Assembly (NCBI GenBank): GCA_050733295.1
Contig: JBOHSQ010000104.1
Location: 1 to 33,648 of the forward strand
Length of the DNA: 33,648 nt
Origin: Gemmatimonadales bacterium
GTDB taxonomy: Bacteria > Gemmatimonadota > Gemmatimonadetes > Gemmatimonadales > GWC2-71-9
Direction: 5' to 3'
Each line of letters starts with the position of its first letter. Positions within the stretch are counted from its first letter, which is position 1. A program made the position numbers and the translations under genes. The notes below the pieces were generated by a model. That model saw nothing but the letters and a program-made list of their open reading frames with translations, did not search any database and was not told the origin of the DNA. Positions 16,807 to 24,937 of this stretch are shown piece by piece.

Positions 16807-17183
16807 TGGAAGGCGCGCTGCACAACGCGGCGCGCTACGTCGCGCTCGGGTTGGACGGGCTCTCGCTGCTCATGGTCGTGATCGGCGCAGCGGAGGCCAT
16901 CGTCGCCATCGGCCAGCGGGTGGTCCGCGGCCGGACGAGCGGCTGGGAGCGGCGACGGGTGTGGATGGGGTTCGCGCACTGGCTGGTGGCCGCGCTCACC
17001 TTCCAGCTCGGGGCGGACATCGTGCGGACGATCATCGACTCGGGCTGGGAGGAGATCGGCCGAGTGGGGGCGATCGCCGCGATCCGGACGTTCCTGACCT
17101 ACTTCCTGGAGCGGGACATCGAGGCGATGCACGCAACGCAGCGGGAAGCTTCGAGCGGAGGACACGATGCCGGTCCAGGGTGA
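16803..17183 (+). CDS. DUF1622 family small membrane protein
   Basis: 126 aa. LTFQLGADIVRTII and IAAIRTFLTYFLERDIEA match my recollection of the DUF1622 signature. Its start overlaps the FGE stop. Confidence 0.75.
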   Translation: MMEGALHNAARYVALGLDGLSLLMVVIGAAEAIVAIGQRVVRGRTSGWERRRVWMGFAHWLVAALTFQLGADIVRTIIDSGWEEIGRVGAIAAIRTFLTYFLERDIEAMHATQREASSGGHDAGPG

Positions 17184-17820
17184 TCCCGGCGGCCTGCTGA
17201 GCCTCGGGGCGGTGTTCACGCTCTTCTTCGTGACGCTGGGGCCGCTCAAGGTGGTCGGCCCATTCGCCGCGCAGACGCGCGAGTTCGACCGTGCGACGAC
17301 CCGGCGAATCGCCGTGCGCGCCTTCGTCCTGGCAGTGGTGGCGGTACTGGCGGGCGGGTTCGGGGGCCGGTTCCTGATGCAGAACTGGCGGATCTCCGTC
17401 CCGGCAATGATGCTCTCCGGAGGGTTGATCTTCCTCCTGGTCGGGCTGCAGGTGGTGCTGGAGCAGTACCGGCCGGCACCGGCGCCGCCGCCGCTCCCGG
17501 GCGACGCGATGGCCGCAGCGATGCGGGTCACCTTCCCCACCCTGGTCACACCCTACGGGATCGCGGCGCTGATCGTGATGCTGGCGAACACCCAGGACTC
17601 GCAACGCGCGGTCGAGATCGTGGCGATCCTGCTCGGGGTGATGGTGCTCAACCTCCTCGCGATGCTCTTTGCCCACCGGATCGTCGGGGGGATAAGGCAG
17701 GTGGCGCTGCAGATCCTGGGGGCGGTGCTCGGCGTGCTGCAGGTGGCGCTGGCCGCCGAACTGATCCTCCGGGCACTGCAGGACCTGGGAGCGCACCTCG
17801 GCCCGACGGCGGGAGGCTAG
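17167..17820 (+). CDS. MarC family (UPF0056) integral membrane protein
   Basis: 217 aa, about 6 TM segments. The N-terminal FFVTLGPLKVVGPFAAQT and central MLSGGLIFLLVGLQVV resemble the MarC family pattern. It overlaps the preceding gene by 17 nt. Confidence 0.65.
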   Translation: MPVQGDPGGLLSLGAVFTLFFVTLGPLKVVGPFAAQTREFDRATTRRIAVRAFVLAVVAVLAGGFGGRFLMQNWRISVPAMMLSGGLIFLLVGLQVVLEQYRPAPAPPPLPGDAMAAAMRVTFPTLVTPYGIAALIVMLANTQDSQRAVEIVAILLGVMVLNLLAMLFAHRIVGGIRQVALQILGAVLGVLQVALAAELILRALQDLGAHLGPTAGG

Positions 17821-17881
17821 AACCCGGGGGCCGGCCCGGCCACCCGCGGGGAACGCGGGCGCACACGAGGGAGGAGGCGGC

Positions 17882-18352
17882 ATGGACGCGACAACGCCCG
17901 CGCGCGTGGCGGGGCAGCCGGATTTCGACCCGGCAACCGAGCTCGCTGCGCGGCGCACCGGGATGTCGTTTCAGCGGACCCGGCTGAGCGCCGACCGCAC
18001 GCTCATGTCGGTGATGCGGACCTCCCTGTCGCTGATCGGCTTCGGGTTCACCATCTACCAGGTGTTCCAGAAGCTGCAGGAGTCGGAGGTGCTGAGCGGG
18101 GCCCGGGCCGCGCGCAACTTCGGGGTGACCCTGGTGGCCCTCGGCATCGGGATGCTGGTGGTGGGCATCGTCTACCATGTCCGGTTCATGGTGGGGCTCC
18201 GCGAGGAACGGGCCTCCATGAAGGCCGCCGGGCTCATCCACGGCGAGAGCCAGTTCCCGGTGTCGTTCACGCTGGTCATTGCGGTGCTCCTCCTGATCGT
18301 CGGCCTGGTCGCGATCGGGAGCATGGTGTTCCGCGTCGGGCCGTTCGGGTAG
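17882..18352 (+). CDS. DUF202 (YidH-like) membrane protein
   Basis: 156 aa. ELAARRTGMSFQRTRLSADRTLMSVMRTSLSLIGFGF is the duplicated (E/Q)RT motif of DUF202. GAGGGAGGAGG Shine-Dalgarno lies upstream. Confidence 0.75.
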   Translation: MDATTPARVAGQPDFDPATELAARRTGMSFQRTRLSADRTLMSVMRTSLSLIGFGFTIYQVFQKLQESEVLSGARAARNFGVTLVALGIGMLVVGIVYHVRFMVGLREERASMKAAGLIHGESQFPVSFTLVIAVLLLIVGLVAIGSMVFRVGPFG

Positions 18353-18398
18353 GCGCGACGGGCAGGACGGGCAGGACGGGCAGGACGGGCAGGAGCGG
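18353..18398 (+). repeat. G-rich nonamer array (GACGGGCAG x4), starts 1 nt after the DUF202 stop
   Basis: gcgcgacgggcaggacgggcaggacgggcaggacgggcaggagcgg read directly. Confidence 0.95.
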
Positions 18399-18422
18399 TA
18401 ACGCAATCGAGAGGAGCATCAC

Positions 18423-19997
18423 ATGGCACAGAAACCGAGGACGAACAAGTCAAGCCAGTCGAACTCATCCACCCCGCCGAACATCCTGGTGATCTGGGGT
18501 GACGACATCGGGATCGCCAACCTGAGCTGCTACACGCACGGGCTCATGGGCTACCGGACCCCGAACATCGACCGGATCGCGCGGGAGGGGATGATGTTCA
18601 CCGACTCGTACGGCGAGCAGTCGTGCACCGCCGGCCGGGCCGCGTTCATCACCGGGCAGAGCGTGTTCCGCACGGGCCTGTCGAAGGTGGGCCTGCCGGG
18701 CGCGCCGACGGGCATCCAGGGAGAAGACCCGACGATCCCGGAGCTGCTCAAGCCGCTGGGGTACGCGACGGGGCAATTCGGCAAGAACCACTTCGGGGAC
18801 CTGAACCGGTTCCTGCCGACGGTGCACGGGTTCGACGAGTTCTTCGGCAACCTCTACCACCTGAACGCGGAAGAGGACCCGGAGGACCCCGACTATCCCA
18901 CGGATCCGCGGTTCAAGGCGCAGTTCGGCCCGCGCGGGGTGCTCCATTGCCGGGCGACGGACAAGGACGACGCGACCGAGGAACCGCGCTGGGGCCGGGT
19001 GGGCAAGCAGAAGATCCAGGACACGGGGCCGCTCACCCGGAAGCGGATGGAGACCTGCGACGATGAGTTCGTGACGGCGGCCAAGGACTTCATCAAGCGG
19101 CAGCACCGCGCGGGGAAGCCGTTCTTCTGCTGGGTGAGCACCACCCACATGCACCTGCGCACCCACACCAAGCCGAAGAGCCTGGGCCAGGCGGGCCCGC
19201 ACCAGTCGTTCTATCACGACGCGATGGTGGATCACGACAAGAACGTGGGCCAGCTCCTGGACTACCTCGAAGAGCTGGGCATCACGGAGAACACCCTGGT
19301 GATGTACTCCACCGACAACGGGCCCCACATGAACACCTGGCCCGACGGCGGGATGACTCCCTTCCGCAGCGAGAAGAACACCAACTGGGAGGGCGCCTTC
19401 CGGGTGCCGCTCATGGTCCGCTGGCCGGGCAGGATCCCGGCGGGCGTGGTGTCGAACGAGATCGTGCAGCACCACGATTGGCTGCCCACGTTCCTCGCGG
19501 CGGCAGGCGAGCCGGAAATCGTCGAGAAACTCAAGAAGGGCCACAAGGCCGGAGAGAAGCGGTTCAAGGTCCACATCGACGGCTACAACCTGCTGCCGTT
19601 CCTGACCGAGAAGGGGACGAAGAGCCCGCGGCAGGGCTTCATCTACTTCAGCGACGACGGCGACCTGGTGGCCATCCGCGCCGGCAACTGGAAGGCCGTC
19701 TTCATGGAGCAGCGCTGCCAGGGAACGTTGCAGGTATGGGCGGAACCGTTCACCGTGCTCCGGATCCCGAAGCTCTACAACCTGCGCACCGACCCGTTCG
19801 AACGGGCGGACCTCACCTCGAACACCTACTGGGACTGGTACATGTCCAAGGCCTACATGATCATGGCGGCGCAGGCCCTGATCGCGCCCTTCCTGGCCAC
19901 GTTCAAGGACTATCCGCCGCGGCAGAAGGCGGCGAGCTTCACGATCGACCAGGCAATGGAGAAGCTGGCGACTTCACTGAGCGGCGCCGGGCACTGA
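18423..19997 (+). CDS. arylsulfatase-family enzyme (type I sulfatase), no signal peptide
   Basis: 524 aa. NILVIWGDDIG, the FGly motif SCTAGRAAFITGQS (C-x-A-x-R variant), GKNHFGD, YSTDNGPH and NWEGAFRVP. GAGAGGAG Shine-Dalgarno at about 18409. Confidence 0.92.
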   Translation: MAQKPRTNKSSQSNSSTPPNILVIWGDDIGIANLSCYTHGLMGYRTPNIDRIAREGMMFTDSYGEQSCTAGRAAFITGQSVFRTGLSKVGLPGAPTGIQGEDPTIPELLKPLGYATGQFGKNHFGDLNRFLPTVHGFDEFFGNLYHLNAEEDPEDPDYPTDPRFKAQFGPRGVLHCRATDKDDATEEPRWGRVGKQKIQDTGPLTRKRMETCDDEFVTAAKDFIKRQHRAGKPFFCWVSTTHMHLRTHTKPKSLGQAGPHQSFYHDAMVDHDKNVGQLLDYLEELGITENTLVMYSTDNGPHMNTWPDGGMTPFRSEKNTNWEGAFRVPLMVRWPGRIPAGVVSNEIVQHHDWLPTFLAAAGEPEIVEKLKKGHKAGEKRFKVHIDGYNLLPFLTEKGTKSPRQGFIYFSDDGDLVAIRAGNWKAVFMEQRCQGTLQVWAEPFTVLRIPKLYNLRTDPFERADLTSNTYWDWYMSKAYMIMAAQALIAPFLATFKDYPPRQKAASFTIDQAMEKLATSLSGAGH

Positions 19998-20012
19998 GTC
20001 CGGCTTCCGCTG

Positions 20013-20044
20013 GCCGGCGGTGCGTCCCCGGACACACCGCCGGC
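20013..20044. terminator. GC-rich hairpin between convergent genes (10-bp perfect stem, 12-nt loop), no U-tract
   Basis: gccggcggtg (20013-20022) pairs with caccgccggc (20035-20044). It lies between the sulfatase stop (19997) and the stop of 20055..20558 (-). Confidence 0.4.
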
Positions 20045-20054
20045 GTCTGCCGGC

Positions 20055-20558
20055 TCAGGCCGCGGCGTTGCCCCAGCCGCCGGCCCAGGGCCAGGGGAGT
20101 GTCGGGAAGAACCAGGCCGCGAGCAGGGGGAGGAGGTCGCAGCGAAGCTCGAGGATGGAGAGCCCCTGCTCCGCTGCGGGGACGTGCTCGCCGACGTGGG
20201 GCCACGGCGCCGAGGGATCGAAGGGCGCGTCCAGTTCCGAGGCGAGGACGGTCAGCTCCTGGGCGTAGACATGGTCGGCATCACGCCAGAGGCCCCACAT
20301 GCGATGCGACGCGTCCGGGTCGGGCCCGCCATAAGCGGTGACCAGCGCCGACGCCACCCCACCGTGCACCAGCCGCGAAATCCCCTCCCGCCACTGCCGC
20401 TCGTACTCGCCGATGCCCCAGTACCGGAGGTCGGCCAGGAACCGAACCCGGTCAGTGCCAAGGAGCAGCTCGGCCCCGGCCAGGGGTGACCCCTGCCCAT
20501 CGAGCAGCGCGGGCGTGAGAAAGCGGATGCGAAACACCTGTAGTGCCGCCTCATGCAA
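20055..20558 (-). CDS. hypothetical protein
   Basis: 167-aa ORF with non-shadow-like composition (Trp/Tyr/Glu/Leu present) and high GC3. No family recognised. Confidence 0.5.
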   Translation of the reverse strand: MHEAALQVFRIRFLTPALLDGQGSPLAGAELLLGTDRVRFLADLRYWGIGEYERQWREGISRLVHGGVASALVTAYGGPDPDASHRMWGLWRDADHVYAQELTVLASELDAPFDPSAPWPHVGEHVPAAEQGLSILELRCDLLPLLAAWFFPTLPWPWAGGWGNAAA

Positions 20559-20720
20559 GGGACCAGTTCTCGGCCCCCGTCCAGAACCTCCATCTGGGGA
20601 GACGGACGAGGCCTCGCCGCATAGACGGGCAACGGCCGTGCCAGCGGACCGCGCGTGGGACTCGCATCACAAATCTGCGCAACGCACCCCACAGTGGTGG
20701 ATCATTCGGCGGCCCGAGCG

Positions 20721-21212
20721 TCACTGCAGCGCCCGCCCGCACCCGCGACGCGTGGTGAGGCGGTCCAGCACGTACTGCACGGTGGACTCGAAGGCCTCCC
20801 CGCTCATGTCGTCGCGGCAGGGTGCAGCAGCGATGGCCAAGGTGAGCTCGCGTTCCCCGGCCGTGAGGCTCCAGAACCGCCGGCCGGTGGCCGAATCCAC
20901 CTCAGGCGTCCCGCCGGGAAACCGGAGGGTGTCCGCGCCATAGTTGTTCACCAGTACGACGCTGTCCCGCCATACCGTCAGGACCCACCCGGGCTCGTTG
21001 CCCCAGCCCCGAAACTCGGCGCCGGCGAGGCGAATCCGCTCGACATCGGTGTCGCGCACGTTGACCCGGCACTGCCAGGTGCGGTCTTCGTGCTCGAGCG
21101 TCGCCTCGGTGCCCCGGTTCCAGAACACGGTCGAGCCTGCGCCGTATTTCGCACCCGACGCGGACGGCAGGTGCTCGAGCTCGAGGGTGCCATCGGCAAG
21201 GCGGAGCGACAT
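20721..21212 (-). CDS. MliC-family (C-type lysozyme inhibitor) + COG3650-like lipoprotein; the true 5' end very probably lies upstream of this ATG
   Basis: LPSASGAKYGAGSTVFWNRGTEATL...C matches E. coli MliC (ISASGARY...VFWSKGDEAT...C). The C-terminal half has GWGNEPGW ... CRDDMSGEAF ... RRGCG. The same frame is open to 21488 and encodes the first MliC Cys plus a signal peptide/lipobox (LSRLAALSLLIAAC), but contains no ATG/GTG/TTG there. Confidence 0.65.
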   Translation of the reverse strand: MSLRLADGTLELEHLPSASGAKYGAGSTVFWNRGTEATLEHEDRTWQCRVNVRDTDVERIRLAGAEFRGWGNEPGWVLTVWRDSVVLVNNYGADTLRFPGGTPEVDSATGRRFWSLTAGERELTLAIAAAPCRDDMSGEAFESTVQYVLDRLTTRRGCGRALQ

Positions 21213-21481
21213 CCGGTCGGTGTCCCTGTGGTGAACGGCCAGGAACCGGTACTCGGGCTCACAGGAGAACGCGGTGGGCTCGCCGGCGAGCTGTGTGGCC
21301 GGCTGGACGGCGGGCGGACCGGACGGCTGGGCGGCAGGCTGTTCGGCATCGGCGGCAGGCCCGGGCGTCTTCTGGCAGGCTGCGATGAGCAGCGAAAGCG
21401 CGGCGAGGCGCGAGAGAGCGGCAGGCGTCGTGTCCTCGACGGTAGCGGAGTGGCGGCTGCTAGATTCCGTTCCGGCAGCCC

Positions 21482-22648
21482 ATGACCATCACGCACGCGG
21501 TCTTCGAATCGTCGGCGGGTCCGTTCGCCCTCCTCTGGAACCAGGCGGGGCTCGCCGGTGTGGCCCTCGCGGCCACCGACGGGGAGCAATCCGGCACGCC
21601 GCGCGTTCCCGACGGCTCGAGCCGGGCTCGCACGGTGCCGGGCTGGGTGCGTCGCACCGCGCGGCGGGTGGGCCGCCACCTGGAGGGCAGCCCGCAGGGG
21701 TTCAGCGACGTCGCGCTCGACGTCTCACGCATCCCACCCTTCCACGCCCGGGTCCTCAAGCTGGTGCGCGGACTCGTGCCCGGCTCGGTGGTGAGCCACG
21801 CCTGGCTGGCCTCCAGGGCCAAGGAGCCCGGCGCCACGCGCGGTGTGAGCCGCGCCATCGCGGGGAATCCGTGGCCGGTCGTGGTACCGTGCCATCGCGT
21901 GGTGGCGTCGGGGGCCCATCCGGGAGGGTACAGCGGCGCCGGCGGTCTCGCCACCAAGGAATGGCTGCTGGCCGCCGAAGGGGTGCGGCTCGACCGCTCG
22001 GTGGCCGCGGGCGGGTATCGCACGACCGGCCTGGCATTCGACGCGCGCGCCGCGCTCGCGGTGCTGGGGCGGGACCCGGTCCTCCGTCCGCTGATGCGCC
22101 GGGGCGGGCCGTTCGCACCGGACCTCGCGCCGGCGCAGAGCCCGTACGAGGCGCTCGCGGAGGCGATCGTGTACCAGCAGCTGAGTGGGCGCGCGGCGGG
22201 CACGATCCATGCCCGGGTGGAGGCGCTGGGCGGGAACCGCTTCCCTTCCCCAGACCGGATGCTGGCGCTGCCGGAGGCGAAGCTGCGCGGGGCAGGCCTC
22301 TCGCGGGCCAAGACCGCCGCGATGCGCGACCTGGCACGGCGAGCGCTCGACGGCACCGTACCGGGGCTCGCCACGCTGCGCCGGCTCCCGGACGACGAGA
22401 TCGTCGAACGGCTGACCGAGGTGCGCGGCGTGGGCCGGTGGACCGTGGAGATGTTCCTGCTCTTCCGGCTGGGCCGCGGGGACGTGTGGCCGGTGGACGA
22501 CCTCGGCGTGCGCAAGGGATTCGCGCGCGCCGCCGGATTCACCGCGATGCCGACTGCGAAGGAGCTGATGGCCGAGGGCGAGCGGTGGCGCCCGTATCGC
22601 TCCGTGGCGGCCTGGTACTGCTGGCGCGCGCTCGACGCCGGGGGCTAG
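21482..22648 (+). CDS. fusion protein: O6-methylguanine-DNA methyltransferase (Ogt/MGMT) N-terminal half + DNA-3-methyladenine glycosylase II (AlkA, HhH-GPD) C-terminal half
   Basis: 388 aa. AIAGNPWPVVVPCHRVV (PCHR active site), then EAIVYQQLSGRAAGTI, LTEVRGVGRWTVEMFLLF (HhH) and WPVDDLGVRKG (catalytic Asp). Confidence 0.88.
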   Translation: MTITHAVFESSAGPFALLWNQAGLAGVALAATDGEQSGTPRVPDGSSRARTVPGWVRRTARRVGRHLEGSPQGFSDVALDVSRIPPFHARVLKLVRGLVPGSVVSHAWLASRAKEPGATRGVSRAIAGNPWPVVVPCHRVVASGAHPGGYSGAGGLATKEWLLAAEGVRLDRSVAAGGYRTTGLAFDARAALAVLGRDPVLRPLMRRGGPFAPDLAPAQSPYEALAEAIVYQQLSGRAAGTIHARVEALGGNRFPSPDRMLALPEAKLRGAGLSRAKTAAMRDLARRALDGTVPGLATLRRLPDDEIVERLTEVRGVGRWTVEMFLLFRLGRGDVWPVDDLGVRKGFARAAGFTAMPTAKELMAEGERWRPYRSVAAWYCWRALDAGG

Positions 22649-24762
22649 GCGCCGGCCTTCGTGGCGGTCCCGGCGCGGGTGGCCGCAACTCCGGCGGGAA
22701 TCGGATAGAGCCCAGTCATCGCACGCTCCCCCGACAGCATGGCCCGGGCGGTCTCGACCGCGGCGCTGGTGCCGGCGAGGGCCACCAGGTCGCCCGCGGC
22801 GAGCCTGGCGTCGGCATCGGGGAACGGGATGCGTTCCTGCCCCCGCACCAGCGCCACCACGGTGGCACCGCTCCGCCCGCGCAGGTTCAGCTCCTTCAGC
22901 GAACGGCCGACCGCCGGGCTGCCCGGCGGGATCGCGGCCGAGGTGGGCGCGCCGATGCCGGGCAGCGTCATCCGCATGACCGCCATCGAATCGGACATGC
23001 CGGCCGTCCCCTGGCGCGCGAGTGCCTCGGCCACAACCTCGGCGGTGGCCCGCACGTGGCCGCGCAGGTCGGCCGCGGTGCGCCAGATGGCGATCACGCC
23101 GAGCAGCAGGACCATCCCCAGCACACCCAGACCGCCGTAGAGCGGGACGAACGGCAGGGTCACCGCCACGAGCGGCGCGGTGATCAGCAGCACGATCATG
23201 ACCTCGATGGTGCGCTGCAGCGCGCTTCGTGGCGCGCGCGCCATGTCGAGATCGGTGGCGCGGCTGGCGAACGCCTGGTCGGCGAGCCGGCGCGCCAGCA
23301 GCCGGCCGTTGCCGATGATCCCGACGAGGAATGGGAACGTGGCCGCGAGGACCAGTGCCACGACCGCCACGCCGGCCGCCCGGGGGCTGAGGCCGAAGTC
23401 GCCCTGCAGCGCGGTCACCGCCCAGGGCCGGGTGAGCGCCGCGCCGATGACGATGGCGGCGAGCACCACCGTGTCGATCACGATCACCCGCACCTCGCGG
23501 GGGCGCGCGGCACCACGCGCCGTATCCCGGGCGGAGCGCAGCCCCTCGAGCCAGGAGCCGTACAGGCCGACCCAGGTCTGGAGCGCCTTGGGAAGCCGGC
23601 GGTCCACCCAGAGGGCGATCTCCTCCGCACGGCCGACGAGCAGCGGGGTGGCGGCGATGGTGAACACCGCGGCCGTGACGGTGACAGCGAGGAAGGAGGG
23701 ATCCACCTGGCGGGAGACCACGGCCAGCCCCGCGATGATGAACGAGAACTCGCCGATCTGGGCGAGCGAGAGCCCGGCCTGGATCGAGGTACGCACCGGA
23801 GAACCGGTGAGGAATGTGCCCACCGTCACCCCGACCAGCTTCCCCACGAACACGACCGCGGTGAAGAGGAGCGCGCTGGGCCAGACGCGCGCGACCACCG
23901 CTGGATCCACAAGCATGCCGATCGCCACGAAGAACACGGCGGCGAAGACGTCGCGCAGGGAGCGAACCGAGTCGGCCACGATGCGGCCCGCGCCGGACTC
24001 GGCCACCAGCGCGCCGGCCACGAACGCGCCCAGTGCCACGGAGAATCCGGCGCGGAGTGCGAGGATGGCAACGGCGAAGGCGAAACCGGTTGCGGCGACG
24101 ACGGTGGTCTCGGCACGGCGGAGGCGGACGACCATGCGCGCGGCGCGGGGCACGACGAGCAGGCCGGCGACGATGAGGGCAGCGACGAAGAGGCCGAGGC
24201 GGGCCATCTCGCCGCCCAGGAAGGAGGCGGAGACGCCCTGGCCACCGACGAGCGCGGTGATGCCCGCCAGCACGACGATGGCGACGAGGTCCTCGAAGAC
24301 GAGGATGCCGTAGGCGCGGTCGGCGACCTCGCCGCCCACGTGGAGCTCCTCGAAGGTGCGGGCCACGACCATCGTGGACGAAACGCAGAACACCGCACCG
24401 GCGAGGACGGCGCCGAGCGGGGAGAAGCCGAGGAGCGACGCGACGAGATAGGCGAGCGAGAAGGTCACGCCCATCTCGAGCGGAGCCACGACACCGCCGG
24501 TCGGCGCCATGCGGGCGAGCTTCTGGATGGTGAAGCCGAGGCCGAGCGAGAACATCAGGAGGATCACGCCGAGGTCGGCGAGGGTGTGGATGACCGCGAC
24601 ATCGACGGTGGGCGTGAAGGCCACGTGCGGCCCGATGAGGACGCCGGCGAGCAGGTAGCCCAGGATGACCGGGAGGTGGAAGCGTTGGAACAGGATCGTG
24701 ACCAGGGCCGCGGTGCAGAGCACAAGGGCGAGGTCGGCGACCAGGTGGAGCGGCGTGGGCAT
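22645..24762 (-). CDS. cation:proton antiporter (CPA2/Kef-type) with C-terminal RCK_C (TrkA-C) domain
   Basis: 705 aa. N-terminus LHLVADLALVLCTAALVTILFQRFHLPVILGYLLAGVLIGPH and about 12 TM segments. The C-terminal GRSLKELNLRGRSGATVVALVRGQERIPFPDADARLAAGDLVALAG is a typical TrkA-C. Confidence 0.9.
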   Translation of the reverse strand: MPTPLHLVADLALVLCTAALVTILFQRFHLPVILGYLLAGVLIGPHVAFTPTVDVAVIHTLADLGVILLMFSLGLGFTIQKLARMAPTGGVVAPLEMGVTFSLAYLVASLLGFSPLGAVLAGAVFCVSSTMVVARTFEELHVGGEVADRAYGILVFEDLVAIVVLAGITALVGGQGVSASFLGGEMARLGLFVAALIVAGLLVVPRAARMVVRLRRAETTVVAATGFAFAVAILALRAGFSVALGAFVAGALVAESGAGRIVADSVRSLRDVFAAVFFVAIGMLVDPAVVARVWPSALLFTAVVFVGKLVGVTVGTFLTGSPVRTSIQAGLSLAQIGEFSFIIAGLAVVSRQVDPSFLAVTVTAAVFTIAATPLLVGRAEEIALWVDRRLPKALQTWVGLYGSWLEGLRSARDTARGAARPREVRVIVIDTVVLAAIVIGAALTRPWAVTALQGDFGLSPRAAGVAVVALVLAATFPFLVGIIGNGRLLARRLADQAFASRATDLDMARAPRSALQRTIEVMIVLLITAPLVAVTLPFVPLYGGLGVLGMVLLLGVIAIWRTAADLRGHVRATAEVVAEALARQGTAGMSDSMAVMRMTLPGIGAPTSAAIPPGSPAVGRSLKELNLRGRSGATVVALVRGQERIPFPDADARLAAGDLVALAGTSAAVETARAMLSGERAMTGLYPIPAGVAATRAGTATKAGA

Positions 24763-24775
24763 CGGGCGAATATAC

Positions 24776-24810
24776 GGGAGGCAGGACGGGCGGGACGGGC
24801 AGGACGGGCA
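24776..24810 (+). repeat. G-rich nonamer array (AGGACGGGC-like x3-4) between the tRNA-Asn terminator and the antiporter start codon
   Basis: gggaggcaggacgggcgggacgggcaggacgggca read directly. Confidence 0.9.
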
Positions 24811-24847
24811 AAAACGAAGGCCGGTGCGCGGAGAGGCGCACCGGCCT
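24809..24847 (-). terminator. intrinsic terminator downstream of tRNA-Asn
   Basis: Perfect 12-bp stem (24818-24829 / 24836-24847) with a 6-nt loop. On the minus strand it is followed by tcgtttttg. Confidence 0.8.
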
Positions 24848-24852
24848 GGCAG

Positions 24853-24926
24853 CTCCCGAGGAGGGATTCGAACCCCCGACCCGCTGATTAACAGTCAGCT
24901 GCTCTAACCAACTGAGCTACTCGGGA
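24853..24926 (-). tRNA. tRNA-Asn (anticodon GTT)
   Basis: The reverse complement tcccgagtagctcagttggttagagcagctgactGTTaatcagcgggtcgggggttcgaatccctcctcgggag folds as a cloverleaf: 7-bp acceptor, D-arm gctc/gagc, anticodon loop ctGTTaa, T-arm with ggttcgaatcc. CCA is not encoded. Confidence 0.93.
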
Positions 24927-24937
24927 AGGAGGGATGG

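Noticed and set aside
20055-20558. Immunity-protein-like assignment for the 167-aa hypothetical protein
   Set aside because: This was only a vague impression from the Trp/Tyr-rich pattern (YWGIGEYERQW). There is no adjacent toxin, no secretion gene, and no motif I can name with confidence, so it stays as a hypothetical protein.
21274-24891. 1205-aa + strand ORF and 1038-aa minus-strand ORF (21725..24841)
   Set aside because: Both are low-complexity Arg/Gly/Ala/Pro/Asp translations overlapping the clearly real ogt-alkA and CPA2 antiporter genes. The first even runs through the tRNA-Asn terminator. They are artefacts of GC richness.
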